A stretch of DNA of 63,976 nt, counting the filler, from Candidatus Woesearchaeota archaeon (GTDB lineage Archaea > Nanobdellota > Nanobdellia > Woesearchaeales > CAZJJJ01): NCBI GenBank assembly GCA_046538795.1. It is 7 parts of 7 records of this genome, joined end to end, with 100 filler letters (N's around TTAATTAATTAA, not from the genome) between each part and the next. Parts side by side here need not be neighbours in the genome. Positions count along the whole stretch, not along the records: positions 1 to 27,649 come from JBKHIF010000013.1; 6 more parts are not named here. The stretch is one strand, 5' to 3'. A model generated the notes under the pieces. That model was not told the DNA's origin, searched no databases, and saw only the letters and a list, made by a program, of their open reading frames with translations. Made by a program: the position numbers and the translations under genes. How positions within the stretch are numbered: the stretch's first letter is position 1; the number at the start of each line of letters is the position of its first letter. Below are positions 1 through 9,989 of the stretch, in pieces.

Positions 1-55
1 GTGCTTTTTTCTGAGTACTAAGGAGGAGTTATTTTTCTTTCGGAGATACTGTTTT
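1..55. repeat. 55-bp sequence identical to the reverse complement of 63922-63976 (edge of a probable collapsed repeat)
   Basis: Exact base-by-base match over 55 nt; the copies diverge at position 56/63921. Confidence 0.95.
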
Positions 56-121
56 GATTGCATTCTGGTGCCTATGATTGTTTTTTAGTGCAAAAAATAA
101 AAATAGTGTGCTGAAATTTCC

Positions 122-484
122 TTATCTATTAATTTTCTTTGTTTTCTTGGTTTTTGCAAGCTTTTTCTTTGTTATCTTTATGTATGGGTACCTGCTTATA
201 AGATCTCTTTGGAACACAAAGACATACAAGAAAACACAGCTGAATGCAAGTTCAAAAAAAAGAGTGATAACCATAGAACCATATATTCCAAAAAGCCTTA
301 GCATCTTAAGGGTCTGGAATATGAGAAAAATAACTATGGCAATAAAAAGGAGGTCCCATGATTTCCTGTGTTCGTGCTTAACTGTGCTTATCATGAATAC
401 AAGGCAATAGATAAGAGTAAAAACTATTATCGCAAGATTTGCGATTACAAGCATAGCTTCCAAAAATACATATTCCATAAGCAT
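122..484 (-). CDS. hypothetical membrane protein (3 TM, Lys-rich tail)
   Basis: 120-aa ATG ORF with three hydrophobic segments. Confidence 0.7.
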   Translation of the reverse strand: MLMEYVFLEAMLVIANLAIIVFTLIYCLVFMISTVKHEHRKSWDLLFIAIVIFLIFQTLKMLRLFGIYGSMVITLFFELAFSCVFLYVFVFQRDLISRYPYIKITKKKLAKTKKTKKINR

Positions 485-706
485 ATTTAATATCAGTTTA
501 GTTTAAATAAGTTTCGGGATAAGATTTTATGGATTTAGATAAATTTCCTGAAACCATATAGACGAATTAACTTTCATATATGTGCATTAACTATTACTTG
601 ATAAAAAAATATGAGACTGACATAAGTATCATAAATTGGAACTGATTAAAGTAAATAAGTCCAATTTATCATTAAATTTATAAATCACAGAGAAATTATC
701 TTGATC

Positions 707-1399
707 ATGCAAAAAACTGATGATCGTGAGATTGTTGTTCTAAGCTTAGGAGGCTCTCTTATCGCTCCTTCAGGGATAGATTATGATTATATGAAAAGAT
801 TGAGAAAGGTAATCCTAAAACACATTGAATCCATGCGTTTCATAATAGTTACAGGAGGAGGAAAACCTGCACGTGAGTACATAGATTCTGCATCCAGGAT
901 AACAGCTATCTCTTCAGAAGAAAAGGACTGGCTTGGAATATATGCCACAAGGATGAATGCCTTGCTTGTAAAGACTATTTTCAAAGATAAAGCTCACGAA
1001 AAAATCATAACAGATCCAACTAGAAACATAAATTTTGACCAGGATATACTTGTATCATCCGGATTTCATCCTGGAAATACCACAGACTATGTTGCAGTAC
1101 TTCTTGCAAAAAAGTTCAATGTAAAAACAATAGTGAACCTTACAAATATAGATTATGTCTATGACAAAGATCCTAAAAAATACAAAAGTGCAAAACCTGT
1201 GAAAGATCTTAACTGGAATGAATTTTTTGAAATCATGGGAAAAAAATTTTCTCCGGGCATGAACTCGCCGTTTGATCCTGTTGCTGCAAAAGAAGCTCAG
1301 GAAAATGGTCTTAAAGTACTTATCGCAAATGGGCATAAAATAGCAAATCTTGACAAGCTTCTTTACGGAGAGATCTTCAAAGGAACTATAATACAATGA
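707..1399 (+). CDS. pyrH: UMP kinase, archaeal type
   Basis: VLSLGGS, IVTGGG, GNTTD, DYVYDKDP and PFDPVAA motifs; ATG at 707 preferred over TTG at 701. Confidence 0.93.
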   Translation: MQKTDDREIVVLSLGGSLIAPSGIDYDYMKRLRKVILKHIESMRFIIVTGGGKPAREYIDSASRITAISSEEKDWLGIYATRMNALLVKTIFKDKAHEKIITDPTRNINFDQDILVSSGFHPGNTTDYVAVLLAKKFNVKTIVNLTNIDYVYDKDPKKYKSAKPVKDLNWNEFFEIMGKKFSPGMNSPFDPVAAKEAQENGLKVLIANGHKIANLDKLLYGEIFKGTIIQ

Positions 1400-1456
1400 T
1401 TTTTCTAAAATAGAGATAGATAAACTATTTAAACACATCTTGACTTATTTTTCATC

Positions 1457-2191
1457 ATGCCAAAAGTTAGCCGGGAAAAATTCAAGGTATTCAAGAACGT
1501 ATTTGATGAATCCACGCTTAATATTCTTTTCAAGCTAGGCTCGAGAGGGCATTTTGAAGAGCTTGTATCACCTGTCCTCATAGGAAAAGAATCAAATGTT
1601 TTTTATGCTAAAAATTCAGCAGGAGAGCCTATAATCGTAAAGATATATCGTGTTGAAAACTGCAACTTCAATAAGATGTATGATTATATACGCCAGGATC
1701 CCAGATTTTTAGGTCTTAAGAGACAGAGGCGCAAAGTTATATTCTCCTGGGTGCAAAGAGAATACAGAAACATATTCAAGGCAAGAGAAGCAGGTGTAAA
1801 CGTACCAAAGCCTGTTGCTGTAATGGATAATGTTCTTCTTATAGAATTTATTGGAAACAAGAAAACTGATCCTCCTGAAGTAAGTCCCCAGCTGAAAGAT
1901 ATAGAAATAAAAAATCCAAACGCATATTTCAAAAAAGTGATAAACAACATGAAAAAGCTGCATAAGGCAGGCCTCGTGCATGCAGATTTGTCAGCATTCA
2001 ACATACTTGATAAGAACAACGTGCCTTATTTCATAGATTTTTCCCAGGCCACGACCAATGAAAGCCTTGATTATTTTCCTCTGCTTGCAAGAGATGTAAG
2101 GAACATCTGCATCTTTTTTTCCAAAAAAGGTGTTTCTGCAGATCCTGGAGTTATCTTTAAAGATATCACCGGAAGAAATATTGTATTATAA
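1457..2191 (+). CDS. rio1: RIO1-family atypical Ser/Thr kinase
   Basis: GKESNVF, VKIYR, LVHADLSAFNIL, IDFSQA; next to a KH-domain gene as in other archaea. Confidence 0.92.
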   Translation: MPKVSREKFKVFKNVFDESTLNILFKLGSRGHFEELVSPVLIGKESNVFYAKNSAGEPIIVKIYRVENCNFNKMYDYIRQDPRFLGLKRQRRKVIFSWVQREYRNIFKAREAGVNVPKPVAVMDNVLLIEFIGNKKTDPPEVSPQLKDIEIKNPNAYFKKVINNMKKLHKAGLVHADLSAFNILDKNNVPYFIDFSQATTNESLDYFPLLARDVRNICIFFSKKGVSADPGVIFKDITGRNIVL

Positions 2192-2271
2192 CATCTTATA
2201 ACATAGAGATTGACTGAAAATAGTTGCTTTTGTACTAAAGCTTTAAAAATCAATGCAAATTATTTTCTGAT

Positions 2272-2859
2272 ATGGCTGAATATTCGTATGAACTCAAGAT
2301 CCCTAAAGAAAGGGTTGCAGTGTTGATAGGTATAGATGGCACTGTGAAATCCAATCTGGAAAATGAGACAAAAACCAAGATAAAAGTAGATTCTGAAGAA
2401 GGAGATGTCTTTATCAAGGGAGATGATGCAATACTTCTTTTCAATGCAAGGGAAGTTGTAAAAGCCATAGGAAGAGGGTTTAATCCAGAGATTTCTTTTC
2501 TCCTCTTGAAATCAGATTATATGTTTGAGTTGATAAGTCTCATGGATGTCATAAAATCAAAAAATTCTATAAAACGCCTCAAAGGAAGAGTAATCGGCCA
2601 TGAAGGAAAAGCAAGACGTATAATTGAAGAGATGACAGAGTGTCATGTCTCTGTATATGGGAAGACAATTGGCGTAATAGGACGTGCAGAGCGCATAGGT
2701 TATGCAAAAGAGGCAGTAAAGAAGCTTATCGAAGGAAGCCCTCACTCATCTGTATATAAATGGCTTGAAAAGAAAAGAAAAGAGATGGGCATGCAGGATA
2801 TTTTCTTTTCACGTGATGAAAACAGCGATATAAAGGATGAGTTCAGAAAAGAACTCTGA
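2272..2859 (+). CDS. KH-domain pre-rRNA processing protein (Pno1/Dim2/Krr1-like)
   Basis: IPKERVAVLIG, AIGRGF, RLKGRVIG-x-EGK and GSPHSSVY motifs. Confidence 0.9.
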   Translation: MAEYSYELKIPKERVAVLIGIDGTVKSNLENETKTKIKVDSEEGDVFIKGDDAILLFNAREVVKAIGRGFNPEISFLLLKSDYMFELISLMDVIKSKNSIKRLKGRVIGHEGKARRIIEEMTECHVSVYGKTIGVIGRAERIGYAKEAVKKLIEGSPHSSVYKWLEKKRKEMGMQDIFFSRDENSDIKDEFRKEL

Positions 2860-3063
2860 GTCCTGATAATTTTATAATGTCTTTTTTTGGCAAATATATT
2901 TCATTTTATTCGGAATTGTTTCAATAATTATCAAATAAATTAGAAATCTTTCTGCTTGTTCCGAATCTTTTTCCTTTTTCTCGGATAGCTTACAGATAAT
3001 TCTGCAAAAATCTCTTTTTAATGATCATATTATCTTTATCTATCGATATTTGAGGTGGAATAA

Positions 3064-4026
3064 ATGATCAATTATCAGCAAAACCTAAACTATGATGATG
3101 GAAGTGGCATTTTTGGAGAATATCTTAAAAAAGCAAATGATACTGTATCTCCAAAAGCAGTAAAGCAGGTCTATAATTCAACGCTTGATGATATAAACGA
3201 ATTCAACAGAGTGTTGTTTGGTTCAAGATCTCCTGTGAAATCTTTGGGAAGAAAGATAAGAAATCGGATAAAAGACATATTTTCTGATAAAGAAGGAATC
3301 ATTGAAAAGATGGAAAAAAGAGTCAATATACTTGACTATTGCATATCTGACGTCCACATGATGAAAGAGGTTGCAGAAAATGCCTATGACCGCCTTGAAT
3401 CTCTTGTGGAGTCAAATTATGATGTGCTCTACAGCATATCTACAAATATTCCTTCTTTGATAAGTGAAGCACAAGATGAAAAGACAAGATTGATACAACT
3501 TTATGAAAGGCGAGAAGCTGATGATACTCTGCCATATGAACAGATCACTCTTGGGAAAGAAATATTTACAGGAGAAAATGCATACAAGGCAAAAGTAAAT
3601 GAAGTCAAGATAAAGTATGAAACAATGAACCTTCTTGCAAACATACTTAAGAGAAATAAGAATTATGCAAGTACGCTTATTGATGTAGCTACATTCTATG
3701 AGCGTTCTCATGTAATCGGAAAAGCAATACGCACTCAGATGCGGGCTCACATAGAAACTCTAAAGAGTGGAACAATGCTTGCTGAAAGTGCAAATAGTCT
3801 TGATATAGTCTCAAGCGATCTCATGGCCCTTTCAAACCAGGCAGATAAGATATGGCTTAGATCATGTCAGAAGATATCAGGGTTGTCGAGATCTTTGGAA
3901 GACAAGACCTATGCAGAAGATAATATAGATTCTCTCTCTTCAGTCTCTTCAGGAAATCTTGAAGATGCAAAAAGATTCATAGACCATGAAGAAAAGGAGA
4001 TAAAGAATCTTTTTAAGAATCTTTGA
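3064..4026 (+). CDS. hypothetical helical/coiled-coil protein
   Basis: 320-aa ORF with GAGGTGG Shine-Dalgarno upstream; no recognised motif. Confidence 0.75.
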   Translation: MINYQQNLNYDDGSGIFGEYLKKANDTVSPKAVKQVYNSTLDDINEFNRVLFGSRSPVKSLGRKIRNRIKDIFSDKEGIIEKMEKRVNILDYCISDVHMMKEVAENAYDRLESLVESNYDVLYSISTNIPSLISEAQDEKTRLIQLYERREADDTLPYEQITLGKEIFTGENAYKAKVNEVKIKYETMNLLANILKRNKNYASTLIDVATFYERSHVIGKAIRTQMRAHIETLKSGTMLAESANSLDIVSSDLMALSNQADKIWLRSCQKISGLSRSLEDKTYAEDNIDSLSSVSSGNLEDAKRFIDHEEKEIKNLFKNL

Positions 4027-4063
4027 ATTGTTTTTATTTCTAAATTTTGGGTTTGCCCTGGAA

Positions 4064-4245
4064 GGGTACTTCTTTGGAGCAATACCTCGCCTTTGAAGGC
4101 GAATTTTGAAATTAGAAAATCACGTCAGCTGCGAAAGCCGTAATACCCCACACTTCAGTGTGGGGATACCTAAGACTTTCAGTTTTAGGGATTATAAATT
4201 TTTTAAATTTTTAATATGCTTGAGCAGTGATTTTCTTTATTTTTT
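4064..4245 (+). mobile_element. MITE/PATE-like dispersed hairpin repeat, copy 1
   Basis: AGAAAATCAC (4114-4123) and GTGATTTTCT (4227-4236) form an inverted pair; hairpin CCCCACAC-TTCA-GTGTGGGG; homologous blocks at 23966, 26371 and 29183. Confidence 0.7.
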
Positions 4246-4399
4246 TTCATTTTTTATTGATCTTAATTACAATCTATATTTTTCAAAATGATAAACTTTA
4301 TTAATCAGTTCCGAACAAGTCTTTTTATTGCTTATTTAAGATTGTCTTCCTTAAGGCTATCTTCCAAGCAAGGTTTTAATTGATATTGGTGCTAAATAT

Positions 4400-6166
4400 A
4401 TGGGTGATGACGCTTCTACAAAAGTGACTGCAGAGACCATGGCTAAAGGCCATAGGGATATTTCTATTGCAGAGTTTTTTGAAAAAAACAGGCATCTTCT
4501 TGGATTTGATAATAAGAAAAAAGCTCTTCTTACGACTATCAAAGAGGCTGTTGATAATTCATTGGATGCTTGTGAAGAGGCAAGGATACTCCCTGAACTT
4601 CAGGTTGAGATTATAGATATGGGCAATGACAGGTACAGGGTTGTTGTCGAAGATAATGGTCCTGGGATCATAAAGGCAAACATTCCTAAAGTATTTGCAA
4701 AACTTCTCTATGGAAGCAAGTTCCATGCAAGGAAACAGTCAAGAGGACAGCAGGGAATTGGAATTTCTGCTTCGGTCATGTACGGACAGCTTACTACAGG
4801 ACGCGCTGCAAAGATAAAGTCTAAGACAGGACCTAATAAGCCTGCGCATTATTATGAACTTAGGATAGACACTACAAAAAACAAGCCTGACATACTAAAA
4901 GAAGAAATTCTGGAAGATTGGATAAAAGACCAAGGTACAAGAATAGAGATAGATCTTGAGGCAAGCTATCTTAAGGGGGATCAGTCTGTAGATGAATATC
5001 TTAAAAATACAGCGATAGTCAATCCTCACGCAACAATTATCTATACTAATCCTAAATCTGAGCAGCAGATATTTCCACGAGCAACAGAAAAGCTTCCGAA
5101 AGAAGCAAAACCTATAAAGCCGCATCCTTACGGTGTTGAACTTGGAACTCTCATAAAGATGATCAACACCACTCAGGCAAAAACTCTTCAGCAGTTCCTG
5201 ACAACTGATTTTTCTAGAGTCGGAAGCGGAACTGCAAAGTTGATATGCGAAAATGCAGCGATCCCTCCAAATACAAAGACAAAAAAGATAAGCAGGCAGC
5301 AGGCAGAAGATATCTATCACGCGATAAATAAGACAAAGATAATGTCTCCTCCTACAGATTGCGTTGTGCCTATAGGTTCAGAACTTATCGAAAAAGGAGT
5401 TAAAAAAGAGATCAATGCAGAATTTTACTGCTCAGTTACAAGACCTCCTAATGTTTACAGAGGTAATCCTTTCATAATAGAAGCAGCAATAGCTTACGGA
5501 GGAGAGATATCAGGAGATAGTCCTGTACAGGTATTAAGGTTTGCGAATCGTGTCCCTTTGCTTTATCAAAAAGGAGCATGTGCAACAGCAAAAGCCATAA
5601 GCAGCATAAACTGGAGGCCTTATGGACTTTCCCAAAGCAGTGGAGCTGTACCAGTAGGACCTGCGATAGTGCTTGTCCATCTTGCAAGTGTCTGGACACC
5701 ATATACCTCAGAAGCAAAAGAAGCTATTGCTCATTATGATGAGATAATCCAGGAGATGAAACGAGCTTTATGGGAATGCGGAAGAAAACTTTCATCTTAT
5801 GTCACTAAAAAGAAACGTGTGAAAGATGAATTAAGGAAAAAATCATACATAGAGAAATATCTTCCTTATGTAGGAGAAGCTCTTCATGAGATACTTGGCA
5901 TAGGAAAACAAAGTGAAGAGCAGGTAAGCATGATACTTAAGGATATGCTTGATAAGACAAGGAAGATTACGCAACTTAAGGATCGTGACGTCCAAGAGAC
6001 AAAAGGGGCTTTTGATGAAGAAGATTCAGAAGATGAAAACGACGATTCAGGAGATGAAGATTACAATAACGATGATTATTCAGATGATGGTTCTGATGAT
6101 GATTATTCAGATGATGAAGAGAGAAGATCAGACCAATCAAGCCTGAATTCATATGTTGATGAATAA
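4400..6166 (+). CDS. top6B: DNA topoisomerase VI subunit B with acidic C-terminal tail
   Basis: EFFEKNRHLLGF, KEAVDNSLDA, DNGPG, SRGQQGIG, RFANRVPL. Confidence 0.97.
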   Translation: MGDDASTKVTAETMAKGHRDISIAEFFEKNRHLLGFDNKKKALLTTIKEAVDNSLDACEEARILPELQVEIIDMGNDRYRVVVEDNGPGIIKANIPKVFAKLLYGSKFHARKQSRGQQGIGISASVMYGQLTTGRAAKIKSKTGPNKPAHYYELRIDTTKNKPDILKEEILEDWIKDQGTRIEIDLEASYLKGDQSVDEYLKNTAIVNPHATIIYTNPKSEQQIFPRATEKLPKEAKPIKPHPYGVELGTLIKMINTTQAKTLQQFLTTDFSRVGSGTAKLICENAAIPPNTKTKKISRQQAEDIYHAINKTKIMSPPTDCVVPIGSELIEKGVKKEINAEFYCSVTRPPNVYRGNPFIIEAAIAYGGEISGDSPVQVLRFANRVPLLYQKGACATAKAISSINWRPYGLSQSSGAVPVGPAIVLVHLASVWTPYTSEAKEAIAHYDEIIQEMKRALWECGRKLSSYVTKKKRVKDELRKKSYIEKYLPYVGEALHEILGIGKQSEEQVSMILKDMLDKTRKITQLKDRDVQETKGAFDEEDSEDENDDSGDEDYNNDDYSDDGSDDDYSDDEERRSDQSSLNSYVDE

Positions 6167-6243
6167 TAAATAAGACAAAAAGTGATTATTTGTTAAACAT
6201 AATATTTAATTGATAAGTTAAAATCGATAATAAGTTGATTGAT

Positions 6244-7350
6244 ATGGCGACAAAAGCAGTAAAATCAGACAATTTGGTACTTAAGAAAATAAAAGATTCT
6301 GCTAATGATATCTATATGGACATATTAAGACGTGAAAAACCAAGCGTGAGCATGCCAATAAGGTCTCTTTCAAACGTTACATACAATGCAGAAGTTGGTT
6401 ATTTTGAGATGTCTATGAAAGAAAAAGAAAGAACCCTTACAGCATCTACTGTAAAAACTTTTGCTCAGACTCTCAAGATGATGTCTCTTTCAAAAAACCT
6501 GGTTGAGACAGATGATATTGCTACAAAAAGGGAAGCTTATTATGTTTCTAAGAACTGGGGAGAAGCTCGATTTAAGGAACAGCCTGAATCAGATTCTGTC
6601 ATGGATGATGTTGAAGCTATGTTTAGAGTAAACAGGGAACAGCTTGGTTTCATACCAGAAGAAAAAGGCGGTGCTGTTTCAGGGCAGCTTGTTGTTGTTG
6701 ACATAGATCCTGAAACAGGTGAAGATGTGAAGATAGATTGCACAAAGATGGGTTCAGGAAGCTATGCCATCCCTAATTCAGTTGAACAATTGAGGTTTGA
6801 GACAAAAGCAGATTTTATCCTTGCGATAGAGACAAGCGGTATGCATCAGAGGCTTGTAAAGCATAAGTACTGGAAAAAAGCAAATTGCATTCTCATTGCG
6901 CTGGGAGGAGTTCCTACAAGAGCGACAAGAAGATTCATAAGAAGACTTTCTGATGATAAGAAATTACCAGTATATGTATTCACAGATGGAGATCCATATG
7001 GATGGTTAAATATCTATAGGACGCTTAAGGTAGGATCAGGAAACGCTGCTCATATAAACAAGTTTTTCTGCGTTCCACAGGCAAAATTCTTTGGCATAAC
7101 TGCACAGGACATAATTGATTATAGACTTCCTACACATCCTTTGAAAGATATTGACGTAAAAAGGATAAAAGATGGTCTGAAAAATGATCCTTTTGTTCAG
7201 GAATACAAGCTATGGCAAAAATGCATGAAAGATCTTGTAAAGATGAAGAAAAGGGCAGAGCAGCAGGCATTGGCAAAACACGGACTTAACTATGTCATGG
7301 AAAAGTATCTGCCAGATAAATTAAAAAATGCAAAAAGCTGGCTTCCTTAG
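6244..7350 (+). CDS. top6A: DNA topoisomerase VI subunit A
   Basis: TKREAYY active-site region, TOPRIM FTDGDPYG, AEQQAL; directly follows top6B. Confidence 0.97.
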   Translation: MATKAVKSDNLVLKKIKDSANDIYMDILRREKPSVSMPIRSLSNVTYNAEVGYFEMSMKEKERTLTASTVKTFAQTLKMMSLSKNLVETDDIATKREAYYVSKNWGEARFKEQPESDSVMDDVEAMFRVNREQLGFIPEEKGGAVSGQLVVVDIDPETGEDVKIDCTKMGSGSYAIPNSVEQLRFETKADFILAIETSGMHQRLVKHKYWKKANCILIALGGVPTRATRRFIRRLSDDKKLPVYVFTDGDPYGWLNIYRTLKVGSGNAAHINKFFCVPQAKFFGITAQDIIDYRLPTHPLKDIDVKRIKDGLKNDPFVQEYKLWQKCMKDLVKMKKRAEQQALAKHGLNYVMEKYLPDKLKNAKSWLP

Positions 7351-8759
7351 TAGGAGCTTTTATCATGGTCTTTGATTATTTTATCAATTATGTATTGCAG
7401 ACTTGTTTCCATTTCTTCAAGAAGCTTCATAAAGTTCTCTTTATCTTTAAACAAACTGACATGATATTCATGGAAATAGATTATTTTTTTCATGTTTGGT
7501 CTTATATTTTTCTGCAAGATATCGAGTGAAAGCCCAACATCATTATCCCATTGTTCTGGTGTTGTGAAATGCCATGGAAAACAGGATATCAGCGCAGGAG
7601 ATGTTGTCTTGAAAAGTTCAAGTATCTCTTTGTCTTTCAGTGCTATATCGGTTATCTTTATTTTTTCATCAAGTGTTAATCTTTCTGAATTTTCTTTTTT
7701 GATAATATTTTTTTTAAGGCAGAAATCAATAACTATGCTGTCAAAAAGAGTATTATACGATTCAACTATTTTGAGCCAGCCGTCAAGAAGAAATATTTTT
7801 TCTGGAGTCAGTTTTTTTCTTGTGTCTTTTGATGGATTCCAGTATGGATAAGGATTATCTTTAGTTGATATAGGTTCCCATGATCCCGGATTGATTTTTT
7901 CTATGCTTATCTTTTTCCTGGCTTTAGCAATATCTCCTATCAATTCAAAGCGCGCTATATTTTTATCCTGTGCTTCGATAAATGAAGATATATCTTTTAT
8001 TTTAGGCAGGATCCTTTTCAGGCAATTTTTTGAATCTCCGTTTTCCCAGTCTCTAACAATTATTTTAGGAGCAGCCTTGTTCAGTACAGATAGTGTGTAC
8101 ATCATGGGTTTTGCCTGCTTCATGCTTTTTTGTGCAAGCTTCCATTCAAGTTTTTCAGGTGCGTAACTTGATTTTTTATCAGAATAATTTGCTCCCATCA
8201 ATATATCTTTTACCAATACATTGTAGATTATAGCATATATTTCTGTATATTCTGAAGTTATCTTTACGTTTTCAGACAGGATATCTTCTTTAGAAAAACA
8301 TTTGTCTGGAACAAGCGCTTTTGTCTTTGGAAAACCATGCATGAGGATTTCAAAAGTTCTCTTGTCGCATGCTCCTTCAGGAAAAAAGAACCAGTCAGGC
8401 TTTCCTATTTCTTTTTTGACTGTATCAAAATCAATTTTCATCTGTGCATAGCACAATATGTCTGAACAAAATGGGAGTATTGCATGGCTGTATGCAGAAA
8501 AACCAAGAGAAATATTTTTTTCAGAAAATGCATTTTTCAGATTCTCTATGATTTTCTTTGTATAAAGCCTTACCTTTACATTTTCAGAATTAAGACCCAG
8601 ATCAATAGTCCATCCCTGAAGTTGGACGTTGTGCTTGATAAGGCCTTTTGCCATGGCTTCTGAAGTCGGAAGAAAGACGTCTCTTAGATTATCAAGAAAC
8701 CATTCTTTGAATTCATAAGCTGGCTGATAGCCGTGGATAAAATCATAAAGAGTTTCCAT
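7347..8759 (-). CDS. glycoside hydrolase family 57-like protein
   Basis: N-terminal HGYQP, AYSHAILP, FFPE (nucleophile region) and DWENG (acid/base region) resemble GH57 conserved regions. Confidence 0.65.
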   Translation of the reverse strand: METLYDFIHGYQPAYEFKEWFLDNLRDVFLPTSEAMAKGLIKHNVQLQGWTIDLGLNSENVKVRLYTKKIIENLKNAFSEKNISLGFSAYSHAILPFCSDILCYAQMKIDFDTVKKEIGKPDWFFFPEGACDKRTFEILMHGFPKTKALVPDKCFSKEDILSENVKITSEYTEIYAIIYNVLVKDILMGANYSDKKSSYAPEKLEWKLAQKSMKQAKPMMYTLSVLNKAAPKIIVRDWENGDSKNCLKRILPKIKDISSFIEAQDKNIARFELIGDIAKARKKISIEKINPGSWEPISTKDNPYPYWNPSKDTRKKLTPEKIFLLDGWLKIVESYNTLFDSIVIDFCLKKNIIKKENSERLTLDEKIKITDIALKDKEILELFKTTSPALISCFPWHFTTPEQWDNDVGLSLDILQKNIRPNMKKIIYFHEYHVSLFKDKENFMKLLEEMETSLQYIIDKIIKDHDKSSY

Positions 8760-8876
8760 AAGAATGCATTTATTTTTTTGCTTATAAATATTATCTATAA
8801 TTAATAGCTGACAAAAGTAAACTATATGATTTTTTAGCCACCCTAAATTTTGAAAAAAGAAATCTTAATTGAGGTT

Positions 8877-9092
8877 TTATTGAGAAACCTCGACTTCAAC
8901 AATCCTGATCTTTCTTTTGCTGGGTTTTGCATCCCATAGATTGATCAGTTTATAGTTCTTTATGCTGTTCTCTTTTGCATATTTTATTGCTTCTTCTTCT
9001 GACTTGAATGTTTTGGGTCTTTTTTCTTTCTGGAAGTAATTAACCCTTCTCATCCTAAACTTTCTTTTTTGTCTTGTGTGTGTCTTTACCAT
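8877..9092 (-). CDS. small basic hypothetical protein, possibly nucleic-acid binding
   Basis: ATG at 9092; MVKTHTRQKRKFR...RPKTFKSEEEA, strongly Lys/Arg-rich. Confidence 0.75.
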   Translation of the reverse strand: MVKTHTRQKRKFRMRRVNYFQKEKRPKTFKSEEEAIKYAKENSIKNYKLINLWDAKPSKRKIRIVEVEVSQ

Positions 9093-9161
9093 TTTGTTTC
9101 CTTTGTTGTTTTCTCTGTTAATCAAATCCTATTTATTAATTTATTGTTTATTATTATGGTT

Positions 9162-9296
9162 GAATCTCTTATAAGCAGATGGCTTAAAATAAACCAAATG
9201 CACTTAATATTTTTAATATGGTGGCTGAAGGTTAGCCAACAGTAATCAGGGAATTGATTCAGAAACTCTGCTTAGTTAAAGATCAGGGAGAGATTC
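9162..9296 (-). ncRNA. candidate structured RNA or leader between tRNA-Arg and the small basic gene
   Basis: Nested perfect 8-bp stems (9162-9169/9289-9296 and 9172-9179/9267-9274) enclosing three hairpins. Confidence 0.35.
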
Positions 9297-9365
9297 CCAC
9301 GAACTGCAAAATCAGTTCACACTTTAATCGTGTTGGGCATTCACTTCGTTCAACCCAACTCAATA

Positions 9366-9456
9366 CGGGCCAGGGAGGATTCGAACCCCCGGTCTCAAGC
9401 TTGCTTCTTCTGTGGATTAGAAGGCTCGCGCATTATCCAGACTATGCTACTGGCCC
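9366..9456 (-). tRNA. tRNA-Arg(TCT) with 16-nt intron at 37/38 (9402-9417)
   Basis: Acceptor GGGCCAG/CTGGCCC, anticodon arm CGAGC-CTTCTA|A-GCTTG, T-arm GGTTCGAATCC. Confidence 0.93.
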
Positions 9457-9510
9457 TTTTTTTCTAAAAGAGGAAATAGGCTATTTATAAATGTTTTGAC
9501 TATGCATTGT

Positions 9511-9948
9511 TTACATAAGATGATTCTTGCAGAATTCTATATTACTTGTTTTTTCACATAATTCAGATTTATCTTTTTCTTTTGCAAGGTGGATATAACA
9601 TGCATCTTTTATCTGGGTGTTTGAAATTTCAGTGCAATGCTTTTCTTTTAGACCAATAACTGCATTGCAGTATGCCTTAATATTAGAATCAAATATGATT
9701 TCACAATTTTCTATGTTGTCTTTTATAGCTAGATTTAATATGCACCAGTCTTTGGAAACCTGATCTCCTGAACAATTCGTTTCTTGTGTATGGATGCCTG
9801 AATCAATATGAAATTCCTGATTATTTTTTGCGATATCTGAAAAAAAGATTATCATAGAAATAAGCAATAAGAAAATCATGATCATAGAAAGCACAGACAA
9901 CGAATCGAGTCTCTTTTTGATATTGATCTTATCATTTTTATCGAACAT
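9511..9948 (-). CDS. membrane-anchored protein with Cys-containing helical repeats
   Basis: One N-terminal TM, then repeated C-x-x-I...KDxC units typical of DPANN/CPR surface proteins. Confidence 0.7.
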   Translation of the reverse strand: MFDKNDKINIKKRLDSLSVLSMIMIFLLLISMIIFFSDIAKNNQEFHIDSGIHTQETNCSGDQVSKDWCILNLAIKDNIENCEIIFDSNIKAYCNAVIGLKEKHCTEISNTQIKDACYIHLAKEKDKSELCEKTSNIEFCKNHLM

Positions 9949-9989
9949 GAAATATTATTTAGAAGAATGATTTATAATGTTTTCTTTGA

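Noticed and set aside
4106..4291. 61-aa ORF similar to the 75-aa ORF at 26316-26543
   Set aside because: The similarity comes from the non-coding repeat; both have TTG starts and copy 2 is internally deleted
9254..9490. 78-aa ORF
   Set aside because: Antisense to tRNA-Arg
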